Shown here: piece after piece, positions 53,861-64,000 of the stretch
Layout: each line of letters begins with the position of its first letter
How positions within the stretch are numbered: position 1 is the stretch's first letter
Assembly (NCBI RefSeq): GCF_009914755.1
Contig: NC_060925.1
DNA length: 64,000 bases
Source of the DNA: the human T2T-CHM13v2.0 reference genome, Homo sapiens
Reading direction: 5' to 3' (one strand)
Made by a program: the position numbers and the translations under genes
The notes under the pieces: generated by a model
What the model was told of the DNA's origin: nothing
The model's database searches: none
Seen by the model: only the letters and a program-made list of their open reading frames with translations

Positions 53861-54261
53861 AAGTCAAGGGCAGCACTTCAGGCCCCAGCTCTGCCCCGTT
53901 CCAGTGAGGAACCTGAAGCCAGCACAGCCCCTCCCACTAATCCATGCGCCCCAGCCCGGGCTTCAGCTCCACATCTGTATAATGGGAGAGTGAGGTCCTG
54001 GGGATCTATGGCTCCTTCTGGCTTATGCCTGTGTAACAGATGGGAGAGAAATGAAGATAGGGCTGAGGGTCCCCCCAAGCCAGGGCTTTGAGGCAGTGTC
54101 TCCCCAGGGCAGCCACACCATGGTGGAGGCCCTAAAGGCAACAGGCTGGGAGGCCAAGCAGAGCTCAGAAGAGGTGGGAGAGAAGGGTCTAGAAGCAGGA
54201 GGTGGAGGAAGAGAAACTGCAAATTGCGGGTAGGAAGTGCTTAGTAAAATCAGAAAAATTT

Positions 54262-54579
54262 CAGGGCACAATCGCTCATGCCTGTAATCCCCGCACTTTG
54301 GGATGCCAAGGCGGGTGGATTGCTTGAGGCCAGGAGTTCAAGACCAGCCTGGGCAATACAGTGAGACCCTGTGTCTCCACAAAAAAAATTTTTTTTTAAA
54401 ATTAGCTGGTTGCGGTGGCGCACACCTGTAGTTCTGGCTCCTTGGGAGGCTAAAGTGGGAGGATTACTTGAGCCCAGGAGGTGGAGGCTGCAGTGAGCTA
54501 TGATCGCTTCACTGCACACCAGCCTGGGCGACAGGGTGAGACCCTGTCTGGACAAAAAAAAAAAAAAAAAGAAAAAAAA
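54262..54579 (+). mobile_element. AluJ
   Basis: GGAGGATTACTTGAGCCCAGGAGG, GAGACCCTGTCT. Confidence 0.95.
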
Positions 54580-54597
54580 GTCTAAAAAACACTTAGA

Positions 54598-54876
54598 TTT
54601 TTTTTTTTGACAGTCTTACTCTGTTGCCTAGGCTGGAGAGCAATGGCACAATCTCAGCTCATTGCAACCTCCGTTTCCTGGGTTCAAGTGATTCTCCTGC
54701 CTCAGCCTCCCAAGCTGGGATTAGAGGCATGTACCTCCAATAATTTTTGTATTTTTAGCAGAGACGGGGTTTCACCATGTTGGTCAGGCTGGTCTCCAAC
54801 TCCTGACCTCAGGCGATCCACCCACCTCAGCTTCCCAAAGTGTTGGGATTACAGGCGTGAGCCACTGCGCCTGGCT
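54598..54876 (-). mobile_element. Alu (AluS)
   Basis: Reverse Alu immediately after the AluJ tail. Confidence 0.95.
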
Positions 54877-55124
54877 CTATATTGGGCTTTAAACGACATG
54901 AGGGCAGGGACTTGTTCAAAGAGGAAAACAGCAAAGCAAAGCCTGGAAAAGAGCCACCAGCAGTTGTCCTGGGGGTGGGGGCGGCAGGGCACAGGGAGCA
55001 GACACAGGTGCACACAAGCTCCAGCACTGGCCCAGGCTGAGGGTGCTCAGCGCACACAGCTCTCCAGTAAAGATGAGCATGGGCAGGGCTGGCGTGATGA
55101 GGCTGGTCTAGCAGAGCTCACGGT

Positions 55125-55450
55125 GGAAAAAAGAGATTTAGATATTTACGGGAAATACATTTGTTGGTGCCAAACCCCTGGTTTTATTATCCGGGAGAAA
55201 AACAAACCCAACCACCGAAACTCACCCTCAACTGAGAATCCACAAGGAGGGAAACAATTTCCCCATCAAACCAGTTTTATTGGATATAAATATCTAATTA
55301 TTCCTACTAGGCCCTGGAATGCCAGACATTTTGCAGCTTTTATAACATGTGTAGGAGTCTTTACAAACGACTTTTATACATATTTATATATATATATAGT
55401 TATATATTAACAAACCTGATTCGAATCTCATCTGAATTATTTTTTGCTTA
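55125..55450. promoter_or_regulatory. Candidate conserved element with (TA)n
   Basis: TTTACGG, TTTTATT, TTTTATTGG, CTAATTA, AACAAT. Confidence 0.5.
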
Positions 55451-56295
55451 CTGGGCAGTTTGTGCGTATCTGTGTGTTTTTTCCCCCAAAGCCAGGAGAG
55501 ATCTAGAACATTTTGGTGCTATTCTAAGACCTAATGTGCCTAACCCAGCAAGCGCCGAGACACGGACCCCTCACCGCTTCTCACGTGCCCCCAGCCGCAA
55601 CCCCACCACGGCTGCTCGGTGGTTCCGAGACACACTGGCTCCCAGCACTTTGCAACCACAGGGTCCACGGCTGCAAGTCAATACCTCACCCATGACATGA
55701 ACGTGATGTCCCAAACAGACAGAAGCATTGACTTCTCAAACATCAAGCACACGATTAGGCTTCATGCCACCCCGGTGTCCGCTTTTCACAAAGCAAGAAC
55801 CACGGAGGAGGACAAAGAGCTGGGCAGAGGGGCAGGAAGGCGGGAGGGGGCGGAGGAGAGGGGAAGTTGTCTTGCAGGGAATAATGTGGATCAGGCTGTC
55901 ATCTGGAGACCCATCTTCATCTAGAATTAATGCACTAAAGTTATTTTGTTTTTCCTCTAAATGGTTTTAAAGAGACAGTGAATTCTCGGCTCGGACGCGG
56001 GGCTCGGTGTGTAGCTGGTCCAGGCTGTGTAAAGTGAACAGGCAGAGATTCCAGCCAGGCCTGAGTCCATTCTCTCCCCAGTCCCTGGCCTGGCCTCACC
56101 TCCTGCCCATGTGCTTTCTCTCAACTTGTCGCAGAAAACAAAGTTTAAGATCCCTGTCTTTCATGGCTCCCCATAAAAAGGCTGAATCTAGAAGTGAAGA
56201 ACTTGAAATCCTCCAGTCAGGGTCAAGCCCTTATCTGAGCGCATTGAAAGGAAGGAGAGGAAGGGGAATGGGTTGGTGAGGAGTTAGAAGCCTCT

Positions 56296-56841
<546 letters not shown>

Positions 56842-57937
56842 TTAGCTGTCCCTTGAGGCCCAAGAGGCCAAGGGAGACATTCAAGGGTGAGTGATATTTG
56901 GGGAGACTCTAGCCTGAGGCTGGCTGTCCCCACGGTCGGAGAAGGAGACTACATCTCCAAGTACCCCCACTCAGACCCATCGGTTCATGGGGAGAAAGGG
57001 CTCAGAATGAAGGAGAGCCCTGGGAGAGCCCTGGGCCTCCACCGAGAACCTTCTAAGTGTACCCCGGCATCCTCCACGTAGAGACCTGTACTCAGGGGGA
57101 TGGGCTGGGGGCCGGGGGAGCTGAGAACAAACAGCGGCAACAGGAACAGAGTTGAGCCATTTCAATTATTCATATGCCAGATGGATTCTTTTCCTGCCTT
57201 TTTTTTTTCTATAAAAATAAGGAGGGAGGGAGTAGGTCTTATGACAGTCTCCAAAATGGGGGGGCGGGGTGCGGGGGGAGGAGAAGAGGGAAAGGGAGAA
57301 AAAATAGAAATCCAGTGCCCTGTTTGTGCCCCTCTCCAGCCTTGGAGAACCCCGATCCCGTGACGGGAGGGCAGGCGGGATGGGAGATGTCTTTTAGGTA
57401 CCCGATGAGCAGAGAGCAAGAAGCGAGGGAAATTGTTGAGGAAAGGGAGGGAGGGAGGGAGAGAGAGAGAGGAGCGGGGAGCATGGGGCGGCGGGGGGAG
57501 GCAGGCAGAAGAGGGTTCTGACCTTCTGTGAAGGATATAAAAAATCCAGCCGCCTCAGGGGACACCCAACTATCTAGCATATTGCTGTTAAAATGTCTGC
57601 AAAATTTAATACACTTGGCATACCACCTAATCAGTCCTTGGAAACTCGGGCACTCTCTCCCCCTTAGACTCAAACTGCTTCAGCCCTTACGCCTAGGGTA
57701 CTCCCACCCCGACCCTGCCCCCTGATTTTAGATAAAGTTGCTCCCTCCCCACCCGTAAAAACAGCTGCTGTGGCTTTTAGGACACATTTAATCCTGAAAC
57801 TTGCCCAAAGTCCAGAATTCAGTTTCTAGGAAGCAGGTGGCATGGTAAAGAGAGCCAAGGGTGGGGTCCTGGGGCGGGAACTTTGGTACCGAGACTTCTT
57901 GGGGGTGGGGTGGGGGGCATTAGCAGAAGAGAGACAC

Positions 57938-58396
57938 GGCACCACGAGCAGGCATGTCCTGGGCACCACGAGCAGGCATGTCCTGGGCACCACGAGCAGG
58001 CATGTCCTGGGCACCACGAGCAGGCATGTCCTGGGCACCACGAGCAGGCATGTCCTGGGCACCACGAGCAGGCATGTCCTGGGCACCACGAGCAGGCATG
58101 TCCTGGGCACCACGAGCAGGCATGTCCTGGGCACCACGAGCAGGCATGTCCTGGGCACCACGAGCAGGCATGTCCTGGGCACCACGAGCAGGCATGTCCT
58201 GGGCACCACGAGCAGGCATGTCCTGGGCACCACGAGCAGGCATGTCCTGGGCACCACGAGCAGGCATGTCCTGGGCACCACGAGCAGGCATGTCCTGGGC
58301 ACCACGAGCAGGCATGTCCTGGGCACCACGAGCAGGCATGTCCTGGGCACCACGAGCAGGCATGTCCTGGGCACCACGAGCAGGCATGTCCTGGGC
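57938..58396. repeat. Minisatellite, 19 identical copies of GGCACCACGAGCAGGCATGTCCTG (24 bp)
   Basis: 57938-58393 = 456 bp = 19 x 24; no variant unit seen. Confidence 0.98.
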
Positions 58397-59214
58397 GACA
58401 GGGGAACACAGTCCCAGATGGGCGGGCAAGGACTGTATGTCTGGGTAGCCAGCGAGAGCCATTCATCCTGACAGCTCTTATTTAAAGAGCTGCCTGGCAC
58501 GCAGGAGAGCCGTGACCTCACCAGAGCACACAGGCACCCCGGTACACGGTACACGCAGACGCATGTCTGCCATGTGCTCCGTCAATCCACCCAATACCCC
58601 CTAAGACTCCACGGCCACTCCAAGTCCCCAGCAACCGGCGAGGAAGTTTCCAGATGAGCCTACGGAATAGGCCACCTGACCTTCTAGCCCCAGCAGAGCA
58701 ATCAAAGCCCAGTATGACCTGGATATTTTTGGCAGGTCACCATTTGCTTTGCTTGACAAAGAAGATCCCACAGGGCTCCTAAGTGGGACTGGGAGGACCG
58801 ATCCCCAAAAGCTTCACCCTCTGCCCCAAGGAAACAGAGTTCTTACCAAATTTTCTTTGTCCTTTTATTTTGATTTCCTCACCTCTGACTCACATGAAGT
58901 CTCGGGTGGCCTTAATTAGGTCTGAAGTCCCCTAAGAGACTCAGGGAACCCCAGGCAGCCTGCATCATGCCTATAAGACAGAGGTCAGATGGGACAGGCC
59001 AAGAATTGGAAGAATCCAGTGTGTTCCCCAACTGCGAGAGTAAGCCACAGTACCAGGGACACGAACACAGACAGCTTCTTGACCTTCCTTGCCCTTCGCC
59101 AAGTGGATTGAAATAGAGGCAAACAGCAAAAGGGGACTCAAGGGGGTGTGGGCAGGGCCGGCTTCCTGGGTGTGCAACCCATGCAGCCACACAGGGTCTC
59201 ATACTCAAAGGGCA

Positions 59215-59328
59215 CCTGCTGGGTTGAACGTCCTGCTGTCAGTGTTGTGAAATTCTGAATCAATTTAGAGCAAGAGGCCCTGCATTTTCATTGTGCACTG
59301 GGCCCCACAAATGATGTCGCCAGTCCTG
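59215..59328 (+). mobile_element. MER91-like hAT fragment
   Basis: GGCCCTGCATTTTCATTGTGCACTGGGCCCCACAAATGATGTCGCCAGTCCTG. Confidence 0.6.
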
Positions 59329-61482
59329 GGTGTGGATTTTGGAAGATCAGACGACCTGGGTTTGAATCCCAATGCTCTGTCCCCTCTAAGCCAAGAGATA
59401 TCAGAAAAGCCACTCATTATCTCTGGCCATAGGGCACCTATGGCCCTACGGGTCTAGAAGATGGAGTGATCACACCTGCTCACACAGAAGCTGGGAGAAT
59501 TGAGAGGGACAAAAACGGGGAAGAGCCTTGGGCACATGATCATGAGCTCCTATTCAAACACAAGGTGTGGATCAAGAGGGGAAAAGGAGGCCTGGTGGCC
59601 GTGGTGCTGGCTTCCTCCCGCCCTGGGGGATCGCCTTACTCTGCTGGGTGAGAGGTCTGCCACTAAGCAGTGCAGAGGGAAGCCTGTGGCGTGCCCGGCC
59701 CACTGGCCCCATTCACAGGTGAAGAAACTGGGACAGAGTCAACAGATGACCTGCCTGTCGTCATCATAGAGTGGCCTCGAGGCAGGGCGAAGCTGAGGAC
59801 ATACTGTTCCCGCTGTCCAGGCCTCTGCCTTGGCCACAGGACACTTGAGATGAAGAGAGTGACAAGGAGGCAGGATTTGGAAGAGCGGGGAGGGAAGGGC
59901 CTCATTACACTCCATCACTCACACGTGCGCGCACACACACGCATGCACGGCAAAATTAAAGCTGAGAACTCGGCCAAAAAGAAAAATCCTACCCCTGTTC
60001 CATCGAAACTTATTTTAGGGCAGGAGGTAATTGCCAAAGATCCAAATAAAAAGCCAACCACAGGCTGTAAACGGCTCCAAGTCTTTAATTAGACCCCAGG
60101 AAAAAATAGTGGCAAAAAGAAAATGAAAGTAGGAGAAGCTCCCAGAGGAAGGAGTCTGCGCGGGATCCCTTCTGCCTTCCCAGCCCCATGGCTTCAGATG
60201 AGGGCCCCCTTGCCTGGGTCTGGCATCAGGGTTGTCTGCTAAAAAGGCTGGCAATGCCTACTGCTGGAGGCAGGTGCAGAACCAAGACAGCACCTTGCAC
60301 CCCAACCAAGGGCCAGCCTGGACCCGGGACCTTCTCCTAGAGCCGTCCTAGACCCCAGCCCATGTCTGGCCTCATGTTGGGGCCACCACAGGGCAGAGGG
60401 ACAGAGCGGAGGGTGAGCTTTTTCTACCACCCCTGGAGGTGAGAGAGCAGGGAAAAGAAAAAGCTCAGATCTGGAGTGGCCTTTGACCCACTGGAAAGTC
60501 TGCCCATCAAGCCAAAAGCCCTGGCTCCTGGGCCATGGAGCAAAGGATGCACATGTCACCTTCCCCACTCCCAGGAGCCGTTTTCCAGGCTCCCACTCCC
60601 TGCCCCTTCTCTAGGGCCCATGTGGGGTTGGGTAGCTCTGAGATCATGTGGGCAAGATGGATGACCCCATGGCTTCTCCCCTCATAGCCCCCGCTAACCA
60701 GGAGTGGACGCCCAGAAGTCCATGGAGTGACAAATGGCATGTGATGGCCACCCAGTTGGCAGTGCCATTCCCCTAACGCAAGGTAAGCACACACAGACCC
60801 TTTGCCCCAGGAGGCTCCAGCTACTCCACCAGCTACCCCCATACCCTCTGAGCCTCTGGCCCTTGGAGACATAGGCCACCTGAGACTAAGGGTGGGGCTG
60901 GGAAGCAAAGGGGAAGCCGTCCTTGGGAAGGTGGGGTCTGCAGAGAGAGGCAGGGTTCTGAATACGCTCATCTTTCGTAGATGCAACCCAGCAGACAAAC
61001 CAAATCCCATGGGCAGGGATTCTTACCAAGTGCTAAGTCTAGCACCTGCCAAACCGTGGCGGAAGCAATGGCTGCCATTGAGGGTCTAACAGTGGCCAGG
61101 TCCCAGCGGCAGATGAAAGGCGTTCCACCCAGATGTCAGGGAAGAACCCTGGAGTAGAACACATCTCAGCACACCTCCAGTGAGTGAGCAGAAGCTGCAG
61201 TCCCTGTCCCGGGCTTTGCAGAGTGGGGAGAAGGTGAGGTGGGCTCAGGGTCCCTAATCAAAGCCCAGCCCATGTGCAAGAAACGGGAAAGAACCTGCCT
61301 TGTGACATCAAAGGCTGACATCAAAGGCTGCAGGGTCGACCACACTGAAGACCCCCACTCTGCTCTCTTGTGGGTCACTGCAGCTGCCTGGAATTAGGGG
61401 TGTCTCACCACACCTAGCTCCCCCTCCAGAATGAGCAATCACTGGGAGAGGGTACACAGTACACTGTGCTCACCTGCCTGAC

Positions 61483-61782
61483 TTTTTTTTTTTTTTTTTG
61501 AGATGGAGTCTCGCTCTGCCGCCCAGGCTGGAGTGCAGTGGTGTGATCTCAGCTCACTGCAAGCTCCGCCTCCTGGGTTCACGCCATTCTCCTGCCTCAG
61601 CCTCCTAAGTAGCTGGGACTAGAGGCACCCGCCACCACGCCCGGCTAAGTTTTTTGTATTTTTTAGTGGAGACGGGGTTTCACCGTGTTAGCCAGGATGG
61701 TCTTGATCTCCTGACCTCGTGATCCGCCCGCCTCGGCCTCCCAAAGTGCTGGGATTACAGGTGTGAGCCACTGCGCCCGGCC
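61483..61782 (-). mobile_element. AluY
   Basis: Diagnostic CAAGCTCCGCC, TTCACGCCATTCTC, GTTAGCCAGGATGG. Confidence 0.95.
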
Positions 61783-61888
61783 ATGTGCTCGCCTTTCAAA
61801 GGCTCCCTGCATCCAACTCCCCTTCTAAGCCTGGCAGAGGAGAAGGTGATTGCCAGGCCCGGCCTGTCCTTACTGCTGCAGCAGCTAC

Positions 61889-61996
61889 TCCTGGGCAGGG
61901 GTGGCAGGCCGAGCCCTGTGTGTATACCATGTTCTTCACCTATCCTGGGCAGGGGCGGCAGGCCGAGCCCTGTGTATATACCGTGTTCTTCACCCA
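61889..61996. repeat. Tandem duplication, 2 x 54 bp
   Basis: TCCTGGGCAGGGGYGGCAGGCCGAGCCCTGTGTRTATACCRTGTTCTTCACC.. at 61889 and 61943. Confidence 0.9.
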
Positions 61997-62099
61997 TTTC
62001 CTTTCCCGTTTCTCAAACAGACGTTAGCGACGACAAATTAGGAGTGGGCCTAACAGTGACAGAGGCAGCAGTGACCCCTCACTCAGTACCTACCAGGTC

Positions 62100-62280
62100 C
62101 CAGGTCCGGTCACAGGCATTTTAGAGAACGCATCCCTGCAAAGACGATGCTATTGTGCCCATTTTACAGAGGAGTACAATGAGGCTAAGCTTGCAGAGTG
62201 ACGGCCATGTCTATAAAACAGTGGGTCTGAACTGCAACTCAGGTCAGCCTGGTTCCAGAGCCCATCTCTCTCCATGGTAC
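62100..62280 (-). mobile_element. MIR
   Basis: CCCATTTTACAGAGGAGTACAATGAGGCT. Confidence 0.7.
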
Positions 62281-62808
62281 CTCTTTCTCGCAGTCAGCTC
62301 CCCGACCTGACCACTAGTTCCAGGCAGGGGCAGGCCTGGTTGCCCCTTCACCACTGCTTGCTCCTCGTCTGGGGTCTCTGACCACTGGTTTTATGCCTGT
62401 AGAGTCACCTGAACTGTAATGTAGGTGACAGTCATAAACTCCACAGTGTCTCCAATTCCCAGCCACCCACCATGCCCTGCCATGATGGCCAAGGCCCACG
62501 TGGCCAGAGCAAGCATGGAGGTCTTCTCGGCAGAAGCAGCAGATGCGAATCAGACCTCCTGAGGCAGCCCTAACATCGCCACGTCAGTCTGGTGAGGCCT
62601 CCCTGCCAGGTCCCCCAACTCGCTTCTGTCTTTGGGGGTCAGGTTGCAGGCATCAGGATGAGACGTGGGATTCCTCTTTGATGAGGAGCCCTGCGGCTGC
62701 TGCGTCCCAGCTTCCTTCCCAGCTTGGGAATGGGTTGGGAGAAGCAGTCCGGGGCCCTGCACAGACAGCAGGAGCCCTGCTAATTAATGAGCTCTCCGTC
62801 TTCCCTGA

Positions 62809-63211
<403 letters not shown>

Positions 63212-63927
63212 TATCTTTCCTTTTATGCTGCAAACTTCAAGACAGCCCCATTTCCCCCTTCAGCCAGGTGTGGCCCAGACAGCCCCGAATGGACCAGGCG
63301 AATACGGAGACTCTTGTAGCAGGAGGTTCTAAGTGGGGCCTCTTAATCTAGACAAGGTTCCAGTTTCTCTTCTTACTTTCAGCCAATTCGGCTGGGGAGC
63401 TGGGGTTGCGAGAGGACCCAGGGCTGAGCGTGCCCCTATTTCTTAGAAGTGTTAAAAGATGACCTTACATCTAACAAATATTAATACTGACTTATAACCC
63501 CCAACAACCAAGGCCTGGCTGCTCCCTGCTCCCCAGAAGGGCACCGAGTAGAAGTTGCTCCAATTGGAAGCACAGGCTCACACGGGTCTCCGGAGCATCA
63601 CAGACACCCCTGCTGGCTCTCTGTTGGCACCTCTGGGTCCTAGGTGGAGTGGTGGCTTGCAAGGTATATAACTGTGCCCTCTGGACAGCCGGCCTGTGTG
63701 CAGGCAGCTTGCCTAGACAGGGGCATTGCATGACGAACTGGCAGGGGCCCGGGGGCAGGGAGAGTCAGGCCAGAGCCATGGCTCTGAGAAACCCTGGCAC
63801 ACGTGTGGCCCAGGAGCCAGGGATGGGCTCTTCTGCAATGAGTTCTGTTTCAGGGCCGACTGCACAATGACAGCAGCCCGGGGGTTGTGTGACATGAGGC
63901 CTGGCTAGTGACGCTGCTTTGCTTCGA

Positions 63928-64000
63928 TTTTCTTTTCTTTTCTTCTTCTACTTTTTAAGAGACGGGGTCTTGCCCTGCTGCCAAGGCTGGGGTGCAGTGG
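63928..64000 (-). mobile_element. Alu 3' end, cut by window edge
   Basis: T-rich tail then GAGACGGGGTCTTGCCCTG. Confidence 0.9.

Noticed and set aside
54607-55410. 267-aa ORF with RDLDIYGKY, loosely like the HSPE1 C-terminus
   Set aside because: N-terminus is antisense Alu; the similarity covers a few residues with no flanking homology, poly(A) or TSD, so it is not a processed pseudogene
57819-58554. Six-frame 8-aa periodic ORFs; superficially CRISPR-like array
   Set aside because: Head-to-tail tandem repeat with no unique spacers, in eukaryotic DNA; the ORFs are repeat artefacts

Overview
This is primate DNA, almost certainly human: GC-rich euchromatin with AluJ, AluS and AluY elements, MIR, L2, old L1M and hAT DNA transposons. 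I find no credible protein-coding exon. A strong CpG island (~7300-9200) holds a minus-strand promoter and a short, AT-rich non-coding first exon (~7970 to 7888, donor ATG|GTGAGT). From memory I recognise this as exon 1 of CASZ1 (1p36.22, castor zinc finger); this is recall, not a database match. Positions 1-7887 would then be intron 1, and the remaining ~55 kb an upstream regulatory desert with ~15 AT-rich, homeodomain/POU/RFX-motif-rich blocks that look like conserved non-coding enhancers. The most unusual observations are: (1) a perfect 19 x 24-bp VNTR with a consensus p53-family half-site in every unit; (2) a 33-bp piece of an enhancer-like block copied into an Alu 1.5 kb away with microhomology junctions; (3) a palindromic CTGTGAC-N5-GTCACAT motif shared by two separate enhancer-like blocks; (4) a triple POU octamer cluster; (5) several plus-strand splice-site pairs suggesting a divergent spliced lncRNA; (6) a ~40 x 21-bp CCAAT-bearing VNTR. 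Conservation, binding and transcription are all inferred and need external data.
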